Shown: positions 53,397-64,000 of the stretch, piece by piece
How positions within the stretch are numbered: position 1 is the stretch's first letter
Layout: each line of letters opens with the position of its first letter
Origin: Eledone cirrhosa
Lineage: Eukaryota
Length of the DNA: 64,000 bases
Direction of reading: 5' to 3'
NCBI GenBank assembly: GCA_964016885.1
Contig: OZ024743.1
Span: forward strand, 297,042,001 to 297,106,000
Program-made: the position numbers and the translations under genes
The notes under the pieces: model-generated
The model's database searches: none
What the model was told of the DNA's origin: nothing
What the model saw: only the letters and a program-made list of their open reading frames with translations

Positions 53397-54000
53397 TATA
53401 TCACAATAAAAAGAGAATCAGTGTTGCGACGAATGGAATTTATTGAACATATTACAATCGTTTCTCTGGCGACCAGCTCGAGGCACGATCGATGTAATAA
53501 TCGAGCCTGACTCTGAAAATAGCAAGGTCCTCAGATATATCTTGATTCTACGAAGCAAATTTTCCTAATGTCCTTTTACATCGATATCCTTCGCCTGTCG
53601 GCTTAGATCCTGTTGTTGTCATTTCATGATTGGTCAAGAATTGTACATGTCATCGATATCGTGTACAATCGATGACGTGTACAATTCTTGACCACTCATG
53701 AAATGACAACAACAGGATCTAAGCCGACAGGCGAAGGATATCGATGTAAAAGGACATTAGGAAAATTTGCTTCGTAGAATCAAGACATATCTGAGGACCT
53801 TGCTATTTTCAGAGTCAGGCTCGATCATTACATCGATCGTGCCTCAAGCTGGTCGCCAGAGACACGATTGTAATATGTCCAATAAATTCCATTCGTCGCA
53901 ACACTGATTCTCTTTTTATTGTGATATCATATTCTACTCTGTGAGAGTGCTCAAACGGCCTACCGCATACGGACGCGTTAAGCATCCAACACCAATTATA
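53397..54000 (+). mobile_element. HHR module family 6: ~530-bp near-perfect palindrome + tail
   Basis: 53397-53656 mirrors ~53669-53927; HHRs at 53447-53540 (-, CTGAGGA..GAAA cgattg TA) and 53785-53878 (+, GAAA>GACA). Confidence 0.8.
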
Positions 54001-54002
54001 TA

Positions 54003-54648
54003 TCACCATCAACGTTTAACGTCTATCTTCCACGCTAGCATTGGTTTAGACGGGAATTGTCCTACATGAGGCAAGATTGGTTGGGTGACCATGTTTCGCT
54101 TGTATAGGGCTGTCTGGCAGGTTTTCTACGGCTGGATGCCCTTCCTAACACCAACCTCATTTACAGTGAGTGGTGGGTGCTTTTTTTCCGTGGTACCTCC
54201 ACGACCACTTTGCAGTGGAATGATAGGGACCCCAGTCCTATCATCTCAGTTCTACAGCTGAGTAAACTGGAGCAATGTGAAATAAAGTGTCTTGCTCAAG
54301 GAAACAACACATCACCCGGTCTGAGAATTGAACTCACAACCTTTTGATTGCAAGGCCAATGCTCTAACCACTAATATATATATATCGAAAGGTTGTGAGT
54401 TCAATTCTCAGACCGGGTGATGTGTTGTTTCCTTGAGCAAGGCACTTTATTTCACATTGCTCCAGTTTACTCATTCCACTACAAAGTGGTCATGTAGGTG
54501 CCACGGCAAAAAAGCACCCAGCACTCACTGTAAATGAGGTTGGTGTTAGGAAGGGCATCCAGCTGTAGAAATCAAGCCAGAATCAGTTCCCGTCCCCCCT
54601 TTGCAAGCAGGGAAAAGTGGACGTAAAATGATGATGATGATGATGATG
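54003..54648. mobile_element. Two CORE-type SINEs head-to-head around a short (TA)n
   Basis: Minus copy 54003-54373, plus copy 54384-54648. Confidence 0.8.
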
Positions 54649-54653
54649 TATAT

Positions 54654-54690
<37 letters not shown>

Positions 54691-54855
54691 CTATTAGAAA
54701 AAGTTTTGTATCCCTCATTGTCACAGGGGTAACTAAAATGTTGGCATTAGGAAGGACATCCAAAATGCTGCTTCAAAAAAGTCCCATGAAACCCATGGAG
54801 AAATGGACTTTAAAATAATCATGAAAATGATGGTGATAATATATATATATATATA

Positions 54856-55304
54856 TGTGCATAAAAAGGTGCAGAACACTAGAAGTCGATGGAAGCCGCG
54901 GAGTGGGGAGACCCAAGAATACCTGGGATGAGGTAATAAAGGTCGACTTTACCCAATTGCACCTCTCAAGGGCAATGACACACGACCGTGACCTCTGGCG
55001 TCACGCAATAATACAGAAAACCCGACCCCCCCACAGGTACAAGCCGAAGCTGAAGCATATAGACAATATGCCCTCCACTGCAAAATGGTCGTGTAGGCGC
55101 CATGGAAAAAAAGCACCCAGCACTCACTGTAAATGAGGTTTGTGTTAGGAATGGCATCCAGCTGTAGAAATCAAGCCAGAATCAGTTCCTGTATGAGCAA
55201 GGCATGGTCAGCCGACTGGCTACTGCCCACAACAGGACAATCCGTCTAACCCATGCTAGCATGGAAGAACGGATGTAAAACGGTGATGATGATGATGATG
55301 ATGA
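54856..55304 (+). mobile_element. RTE 3' end fragment
   Basis: CIKRCRTLEVDGSRGVGRPKNTWDEVIK... plus 3' UTR and (GAT)n. Confidence 0.88.
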
Positions 55305-55602
55305 TAAAAATAGAATCAGAATTTTATTTCAGCACAGCTGATACATAAATGTAATAATGCACACGTACACGCACATATATATATCTATACACATATATGT
55401 CTATACACACATATATACATATATATATGTATGTATGGGTTATATCGAACATCATCATCATCATCACCGTTTTACGTCCATTCTTCCATGCTAGCATGGG
55501 TTAGACATTAATAATAATGTTTGTAAACAAACGGCCCGATTTAAAGCTGTGCCATGCCGGTGACCAATCGTCAGCTGTTTGTTCAACATTGGCTTTGAGG
55601 AA

Positions 55603-55643
55603 CAATCAATATGTTTCTGGGTCATTACTCTTCATCAGGACAG
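55603..55643 (-). ncRNA. Minimal HHR-like motif
   Basis: ctgtc-CTGATGA-a gagt aatg accc a-GAAA-cata-TT-gattg; helices imperfect. Confidence 0.4.
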
Positions 55644-56108
55644 CATACCTCTGCCAATCTGTTGAACGGTTGAAAATATATAGTATTTTATTAAGTACAT
55701 ATCGGCTGAGTAGCCTCATTTGCATACTGAGTGAGTTATGGCTGGCTTTGCTGAATATTAGAAATAAAATAAGAATTTTATTTCTCGCCCTAGCACAGCT
55801 GATACATAAATGTAAGTATGCACACACACATATATATATACACATATATATATATACATACATACACATATATACATATACATATACATATAGTTCAGTT
55901 AACTAAATAAGCATGTTAAATGAAAAGGAATTACTGGGAGGAAGAGTGTGAGGGGTAGAGAGGAAGCACTTTATTGATTCAATATTTACCAAAGATGATT
56001 CAACTGTCAGATTTAAGATATATCAAACATGTTGGTTCCAATGATGTTTGTCAGAAACCGTTTCCATCAAGTAAAGCTGTTCAAAATTGGCAGCATTATC
56101 AGATATAT

Positions 56109-56167
<59 letters not shown>

Positions 56168-56944
56168 GAGAGAAAGAGAGAAAGAGGGAGAGAGAGAGAG
56201 ATAAGGTAAACAAGAGGCTGAGGAAAAGGTGAGGAAGGGATAAGACCAAAGAAAGAGAGAAAAAAAAAGAGAGATTGTTTTAAAAAGAGACAAGGAGACC
56301 ATTTAAGTAACTAACGCTTAGAAATATTTTTGACAATATTTTGGTGTTGTGAGTTAGAACAATTTATAGAATATACAGTTATCAATTGCATTAAGAATGG
56401 TATATACTTTAGATAGGATAGATAGATATATTTGAAGGTGGAAACTATAGCGGAAGTTTTCTATAGTTTGAATAAAAATAACTTCCATCAGGGTAATTTC
56501 ATAATTACCCTGATTATTATCATTAGCACCATCATCATTGTCATCATTATTCGAGGTTAACTTTGCCTTTCATCCTTACGGGGTCGATAAAATAAAGTAC
56601 CAGTAATACACTGGGTAATTGCTGGCCTTGTGCCAAAAAAGTAGAAACAATTATTATCATCATTACTATCATCATCACTATCATCATCAACATAAACATC
56701 AGCAGTAGTGACAATCTCCTCCTCCTCCTCACCGTCATCACCACCACCACTACCATCACATATATGTGCCAATATATAGTGGGGAGGCACAGCTTAGTGG
56801 TAAGAGCGTTGGGGTCACAATCATGAGGCTGTGAGTTCGATTCTTGTACTGGACAGTGCATTTTTCTTCCTGGGCAAGACAGTTTATTACATGTTGCTCC
56901 AGTTCATTCAGCTGTAGATATGGTACCAAGCTGTAGCGGCCATT

Positions 56945-57670
56945 GCCTTTCCTTTGCACACCAACTCTCCATTTGTCGCAGTCCTTCGTCATCTCCTCCG
57001 TGAGCTTCAGCGATCTGAGGTCAGCTCTCACCACCTCCGCCCATGTTTTTCATGGTCTTCCTCTACTGCGTCTTCCTTCTACTGGGATTTCTTGGCACTT
57101 CTTTACCCAGCGGTCATCCTACATGTGTATCACATGTCCATACCATTGCAGTCTTCTCTCCCGCACACTACAACTTATCCCTCTTATACCCAGTTTCTCT
57201 CGCAACTCATTTGTGCTTGGTCGTTCATGCACATTGACATTGCACATCCAATGGAGCATACTTGCTTCATTTCTCTTCAGCCGTCGCATATCCTCTGCAG
57301 TTGCTGCCCATATCTCACTCCCATGCAGCATCACGCATCTCACACAGGCATCATATAATCGGCCTTTCGTACACAGGGAGAAATCCTTCTTTGTCAACAG
57401 AGGAACCAGCTTCCTAAACTTCTTCCAACCTGTCCTTATTCTAGATAATATGGCCTCAGTACACCTAGGTACCGGAAGCTATCAGCCACTTCTATAGAAC
57501 CCGCCTGCATTTGAAAAATGTGTCTATCACTGTGACTTCTACTGTCAAATTTCCCTCTACATCTACTGCATACGTAGTTTTCCCTACCTATTAGTTTGCC
57601 TGCTATCCCACTACATCTCTTGTGTACCCAAGATCTGCATTATGTACATTCTATAGAATTTATGCCAGCT
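56945..57670 (-). mobile_element. Degenerate RTE 3' part
   Basis: KGRLYDACVRCVMLHGSEIWA...RRLQWYGHVI. Confidence 0.85.
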
Positions 57671-57690
57671 ATGTATATATATATATATAT

Positions 57691-57976
57691 AATTCTCAGA
57701 CCGGGTGATGTGTTGTTTCCTTGAGCAAGACACTTTATTTCACATTGTTCCAGTTCACTCAGCTGTAGAAATGAGATGATAGGGACTGGGGTCCCTATCA
57801 TTCCACTGTAAAGTGGACGTGTAGCGTCACAGAAAAAAAGGACCCAGCACTCACTGTAAAATGAGGTTGGTATTAAGAAGGGCATCCAGCTGTAGAAATC
57901 AAGCCAGAATCAGTTCCCGTCTCACCCTTGCAAGCAGGGAAAAGTGGACGTAAAATGAAATGATGATGATGATGAT
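57691..57976 (+). mobile_element. CORE-type SINE, 5'-truncated (another at 58457-58752)
   Basis: Family match. Confidence 0.85.
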
Positions 57977-57989
57977 ATATATATACACA

Positions 57990-58166
57990 TAAGTTTATCC
58001 TGGGTTCAATCGGGAGTAACCACAGTAAGTAAGGTACTCAATACATAGCAAAGTATAAATATTTAATATAAAAATGTCTTCTAGAAGACTAGAACGGTTT
58101 CATTTGGGAGAATCTCCCGAATGAAACAGTTCTAGTCCTGTAGAAGCCATTTCTATATTAAATATA
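57990..58166 (-). mobile_element. Fold-back module (palindrome 58059-58166 + tail on minus)
   Basis: Apex gggaga-a-tctccc directly 5' of GAAAC; tail contains gtattgagtac like family 1. Confidence 0.65.
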
Positions 58167-58286
58167 TCATTATCATCACCGTTTTACGTCCGTTCTTCCA
58201 CGCTAACATGGGCTAGACGAGTTATATATATAAATATATATAAATATATATATATATATAAATATATATATAAATATATATATATA

Positions 58287-58435
58287 TTTATTATAAGTAC
58301 ACATTAAAGTTTAAGCAAAGAATCGGTGCTTTCACCCTTTTACGGGATCTTCTGAAACTTTTTTTATATATATATATATATAATAATCTTTATCGAGCCC
58401 TCTTCGGATTTTACTATTCACATTTATTACCACTA
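58287..58435. mobile_element. HHR module family 4, second copy (HHR 58308-58359 minus)
   Basis: agttt-CAGAAGA-tccc gtaaaa gggt-GAAA-gca..tgc-TT-aaact. Confidence 0.7.
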
Positions 58436-58882
58436 TATATATATATATATATATATATCGAAAGGTTGTGAGTTCAATTCTCAGACCGGGTGATGTGTTG
58501 TTTCCTTGAGCAAGACACTTTATTTCACATTGTTCCAGTTTACTCAGCTGTAGAAATGAGATGATAGGGACTGGGGTCCCTATCATTCCACTGCAAAGTG
58601 GTCGTGGAGGTGCCACGGCAAAAAAACACCCAGCACTCACTGTAAATGAGGTTGGCGTTAGGAAGGGCATCCAGCTGTAGAAATCAAGCCAGAATCAGTT
58701 CCCGTCCCAACCTTGCAAGCAGGGAAAAAGCGGACGTAAAATGAAATGATGATATATATATATGTATTTGGGAGGACTCTTCATTTGTGTCAATGACATG
58801 ACCTGGTCTATGTAGACCTGTCCAACACTTGCTAGTAGGGAAAGCAGATGTTAAAATGACAATGATGATATCTATATATAGA

Positions 58883-59421
58883 TATGATGGCTGCCCCCTC
58901 GTTATCGAGTATGGCCATTGCACGATATACCATTATTATTAACTATTAATTAATTCTATCGTGCAATGCATGTACGTGAAGATATTTTTTAAAGTGAGGA
59001 AAGACTGTGCACTGAGCCAATCCCACTCTCTGAGCGACAGTAGCTATAACCCGAAAAGAAGAAAAGATCAACATCATTGGTAACTACTGAGCCGCAGGTT
59101 TTATATCAGAGTTATCCCAGTTTCCTGAGTTGCCTTCTCCTAGAAGAATGCCCTGACAAAGGCTAGGGGTCCTTCACTCCCAGTGGTTTAGCCGCGCGGT
59201 ACATGTGTATATACATATTTACACACTTTCGGATGGCCATTGACTCTTATGAGTTCTTCCGCCCTTTGTCAGATTTTGTTTTTTGTCCTGCAGGGAGTCC
59301 AAAATCACCCTCCTCACCAAGTAAACTCGGTGGGGTTGCCGGTTTAGTCGCCAACGACTCGACCATGTGACAGGTTGTACTGGGTTACATGTTACCAGTA
59401 GCACTCAAGAGTGATCCGACA
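58883..59421 (-). mobile_element. Putative non-autonomous bipartite RTE derivative (5'UTR-like + 3' end-like)
   Basis: Revcomp has cttctaggagaaggcaactc..taaaacc (RTE 5'UTR-like, from memory) and ends ggccatactcgataacgagggggcagccatc, loosely similar to 31855-31886. Confidence 0.4.
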
Positions 59422-59655
59422 TATATATAGATATACATGTATACATACACACGCACATATATATATATATATATATATATATTAAGGTTATTATATCAAC
59501 ACATAAATGTTGTTACCTTCCATTTCAAACATTACATGTATGCTAGAAAGTAAATTTACTTGGATATATGCAACGCTATCTTTCAGGCAACTGTAAACAA
59601 AGATGTCTGATGATATTAAAATGAGATCTCATTAGGTGTAATGGGGATAACCTTG

Positions 59656-59740
<85 letters not shown>

Positions 59741-59929
59741 ATATAATTATATATATATACTTCGTTTTTCACTTCAACTTATTATAAATTGGTTGGTTGG
59801 TTCGATAATAGGATGGTTGTTTATATATTGTCAAAGTTCTTTCGTCACACATTCTCTGACTAGGTTTTTATTTTGTGTCTCTCCTTTGTTCTGTCCTACA
59901 CCATCTTGTTTTTGTGTGTTGTCAATACA

Positions 59930-60530
59930 CATACTTCTCCTGTAGTTGTCTAACCAGAAAGTGGGCATCAGTAGTACCTCAGCCTGGAATAAATCCAAAC
60001 TGTATCTCATCTAATTTGATTTTGTCCCTAATTAGTTGTGCTATAACCCTTTCAGCAACTTTTGTGACCTGGTCCATCAACTTGATGCCTCTGTAGTTAC
60101 TTCTGTCTAGTGCATCTCCTTTGCCCTTGTAGCAATTTATAATGATATTTCTGTGACAGTCATTGGGTATGAGTCCATCCAGCACTACTTGATTAACTCT
60201 GCATCGGATTAGCTTGTATCCTACCAACCCAGATGCTTTTAGCATCTCAACAACTATACCAGATGACCCAGGTGCTTTTCCTACCTTCATATCTTTAATT
60301 GCTTTAACTATCACACTGCTGTCAACTTTTATAGCTTGTTCGTCAGTTGGGTTTGCATGGGGTAGGCTCTTCCTGTCCCATTTGTTCTCTTCATTCAGTC
60401 TCACATAGTAAGACTTCCATGCTTCTTTGTTTTTGGTATCAAACAGGGTAAGTACTCCACTGTCATTTCTAATGCATTTCCCCCAAACACATCACAATTT
60501 TCTCTTGCATATTGTCTCACTATCCTGTGA
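59930..60530 (-). mobile_element. Degenerate RTE RT fragment
   Basis: KAIKDMKVGKAPG...CYKGKGDALDRSNYRGIKLMDQV. Confidence 0.88.
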
Positions 60531-60787
60531 TAGATAGAGAAGTCGGAGGATAGATAGATATATGTATGTGTACTTGTATTGGTAGTTGTGTTGATGCTTG
60601 TTTATAGGTTCCAGAACCTGTAATTTAACTGTCCAACAAATAGACATCGATAAAATCCCTTTCAGGCAGTCTCCATCGTGGCTTCAGTAATGTAACCCTT
60701 GCAGCCAGGAAAGTGGACATTAAATAATGATGATGATGATGATATATATATATATATTTGTGTGTGTATGTATATATATTTGTGTGC

Positions 60788-60828
<41 letters not shown>

Positions 60829-60932
60829 TATTGAAGTTTCCGTTGAAAACAGAAAAAGTCATAGGAGTGAAGAGTGCTCTATGTAAGTACTGGAGCAAAA
60901 TTTAATGTATAAAAAACAATACAATATAATTA

Positions 60933-61002
60933 CCTCATTACCAGAGGTTTCCCGAATAAGGCGAATACGAAAGAAACGTCTTCATTCGTTCGTCGGACGA
61001 GG
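60933..61002 (-). ncRNA. Type I HHR-like motif (U4C core)
   Basis: cctcgt-CCGACGA-a cgaat..attcg g-GAAA-cc tct gg-TA-atgagg; followed by a tail with gctcc..agagc hairpin (60871-60896). Confidence 0.65.
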
Positions 61003-61340
61003 CAATATATATATATATATATATATAGATATATGCTGATTAATACATGCACACGCACATATACATAACAGACTGTACATAGAAAGGATAGATAAACAAA
61101 GAGAGTGTGAGGTGGGTGGATGTAGGGGAAATAGACAGATAATGGTAAGCAAGCAGAGAAAGAGTAAGCATTATATCCAGCATCAGCACCAGCACCAGCA
61201 TCTGTACTAGCATCACTAATACATGAACACATGACTACATGACTATATGCATACAAAGATACAACTACATAGATTTCTACATATACACCTGTATGAATAG
61301 GTGGTTTTATTACGATACATGGTTGCCAAATATGACTTAC

Positions 61341-61473
61341 CTTGATGCAGTATATCGATATAAGATCAGTCAAAGGAAACCATGGTGATCATGTAAAATT
61401 TATCCAGGGAATTTTGTCTCGGTTGATGATGTTTTGTGAAAGAATCAGCTATCTTCTGCTCCAAAAATACAGC
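61341..61473 (-). other. Candidate non-coding or UTR exon
   Basis: Acceptor cttttcctctctttctaacccattcag (branch-like ctaac) and donor AAG/gtaagt; stops in all frames. Confidence 0.4.
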
Positions 61474-61894
61474 CTGAATGGGTTAGAAAGAGAGGAAAAG
61501 AAGGACGAAAATATTTTATTGATTGGACTTCTTTAACCAAAGAGGAAGGCTGCCAAAGAATAATAGAAACCAATGATATTTCTATGTGTAAGGTGATGTG
61601 TATGTCTGTGTGTGTGTGTGAGTGCATGCATGCACATGCATTCAGACACACACATACATGTACACACAGGTATACACAGGCATACACACACATACACACA
61701 CTAACACTTAAATACAGACAAACACACACATACACACATACACACATACACACACCATATATATATATAAAGGACTAGTGTCTGAAATGTTAAGACTTTT
61801 TCTACTATATTGTAAAACTAATGATATATTTCTTGATTGTACAGCGTCATTTGCTTTGTTATTTCTGTTTGCCATTTGCATATATATCATTCTC

Positions 61895-62092
61895 ATCATT
61901 ATCATCATTTAAGGTCCATTTTCCACGCAAGCATGGGTAGGACGTGCTGACCCGTTGTGAGAGATCCAGGTCAAAGGAACATGTTTTGCTTACACAGAAC
62001 TGATTTTGGGTTGGTTTCTACGGATGGATGCCTTTCCTAATGCCAACCACATTTACAGTGTGTACTGGGTGCTTTTTGTCGTGACACCTACA

Positions 62093-62126
<34 letters not shown>

Positions 62127-62165
62127 TGTAGGTGTCACGACAAAAAGCACCCAGTACACACTGTA
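61895..62165 (-). mobile_element. RTE 3' UTR fragment with perfect inverted duplication around (TA)n
   Basis: 62056-62094 mirrors 62125-62165. Confidence 0.8.
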
Positions 62166-63058
62166 CAAGGCTTGGCAGCTGGGTGAAAATAACCAACAAT
62201 TTCACCTAAAATGGGATATAATAGTGACTGCCCCCCCATATTCCAATGGACAGGAATTTTGTAAATTATGTAATGTAGAATTATTTTGTATTATGAAATC
62301 CAAAAACATTTTATTAAATAACAGAATAGAGCGATCGTTATACTGTAACCATCGCTTAAAATCTACATTTTCATATTATAAATACTACCAGGATTGAACG
62401 CCTGTCTCTATCCCCGTTTGATTGTCAAAATAGATATGAACATTCTTTATTAGTCTTAATTCTATCAACTCTTCTATTATTTACCTTTTAATACAAACTG
62501 CTATAGATAAAATGAGATTTCTGATTTCTTGATTCAATTCCCTAGTGCAAATACCAGCTGACTACTAGCATTGATGTTATTTAGTAGCAATCGAAATCTC
62601 CCCCTTCCCCAATTGACACTTTATAATTAATACTACTGCACCAAATGACCAGCCCTGTCCACTGTCCAGTTGGTCAAGTAGAGATTAAAATTGGCACTCC
62701 CAAAATTCTTATTTAGATTTACTCATGGTATTCTCATTAAAAACCCATTATATACTTGTTTAGCAGTAAATTATTTTACCATCTGTCATATTCTATCCCC
62801 TCTGTTCCTTCCTCTTTTACTAATATAAATACTTCAATTTTTCTGATTTTATCCAGTTTATCCAAAATCTCTGAAGAAGTGACAACTGATTATACATTTG
62901 CTATCGAATACTTGCTAACATTATATGATTACGCAAGCAGCGATACATAGGTATTCGGTCTGTTACAGAAACATATGTCAATACCTAATAAATTCCTTTT
63001 TTAACAAAAGCACTTTCATTTTATATTCATCCTTTCTATATATATATATATATATATA

Positions 63059-63390
63059 TCATCATCATCATCATCAAGGTTTAGCGTCTGTGTTCCACGC
63101 TTGCATGGGTTTGGACGGGGGTTTTCCCACTTGAGGCAAGAGTGGTTGTCTTGCTCGCATAGGACTATCTGGCGGGTTTTCTACAGCTGGATGCCCTTCC
63201 TAACACCAACCACATTTACAGTGTGGGGCTAGGAGGTTTTTACCGTGTTGCCTACACGGCCACATTTACAGCGTGAACTGTGTGTTTTTTTGTCGTGACA
63301 CCTACACGATCTCATTTGTTTCGGCCTGGATGTTGTGGCACCAACATAACTTTACATTGAGAGGGGCGGTGTGAATGGGGTGGGGGTGGT
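63059..63390 (-). mobile_element. RTE 3' UTR fragment (young subfamily)
   Basis: Near-identical to the 3' UTR of the 48711 copy. Confidence 0.9.
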
Positions 63391-63475
63391 ATACATACTT
63401 ATATATATATACTTATATATATATGTATATGCTTATATATATATATATATACTTATATATGTATATGCATATATA

Positions 63476-63775
63476 GGTGCTTGGCTTAGTGGTTAGAGCA
63501 TTGGGCTTGCAAGTTGTGAGTTCGATTCTCAGACTGGGTGATGCATTATGTCCTTGAGCAAGACACTTTATTACACATTGCTCCAGTTTACTCAGCTGTA
63601 TAAATGAGTTGCGACATCACTGGTGCCAAGCTGTATTGGCACTTGCCTTTCCCTTGGACAACATTGGTGGCATGGAGAGGGGAGACTGGTATGCATGGGT
63701 GACTGCTGGTCTTCTACAAACCTTCTCCAAGCTTGTCCTTCAAAGGGAAACTTTCTAGGTGCAAAACCATGGTCA
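63476..63775 (+). mobile_element. CORE-type SINE with another body
   Basis: tRNA-like head and CORE-like core followed by unrelated sequence. Confidence 0.7.
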
Positions 63776-64000
63776 TATATATATATGTTATCAGCAGCAG
63801 CATTTTATATCCACTTTCCAAGACCGAACAAGTCAGATCAACAAATCTTGCTCATATGTTCCATATTTGGCATGATTTCTATGGCTGGAAGCCCTTTTTT
63901 TAATGCCAACCATTACCACTTTACAGAGTGTAGTAGGTGGGTTTTTGTGGCAGCAACACTAATATTATGCATGGTGTACTGAGGGCATTTTATCACAGTA

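Noticed and set aside
59300-59421. HDV-like ribozyme on minus strand
   Set aside because: P1/P3-like pairings are possible but no P2 partner or J4/2 was found by eye.
62300-62960. Remnant of Polinton-type polymerase (DSGQGWSF-like peptide on minus)
   Set aside because: Single short motif amid many stops; insufficient evidence without a translated search.

Overview
AT-rich animal genomic DNA made almost entirely of transposon debris and microsatellites ((TA)n, (CAT)n, (CAC)n). The SINE/LINE content resembles octopus or another coleoid cephalopod; this is an inference. No confident host protein-coding gene is present, only a few candidate minus-strand exons. Main components: (1) RTE-clade LINEs, including one copy with an uninterrupted ~1010-codon APE-RT ORF that carries a PHD finger inside the RT region, plus many 3' fragments; (2) tRNA-derived CORE-type SINEs with RTE tails and a second SINE family; (3) three Penelope-like element (PLE) GIY-YIG remnants; (4) piggyBac-like MITEs and a mariner fragment. 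The most striking signal, read by eye, is roughly 25 type-I hammerhead-ribozyme (HHR)-like motifs from about a dozen sequence families. Several have non-canonical cores, and most sit in short modules inserted into (TA)n tracts. Many modules share one architecture: a fold-back (inverted duplication) plus a one-sided 3' tail. In five families the tail starts with an RCTC...GAGY hairpin, and the inverted arm stops just before it. Several fold-back apexes map onto ribozyme helices or the predicted cleavage site. All folds were made manually and coordinates may be off by a few bases.
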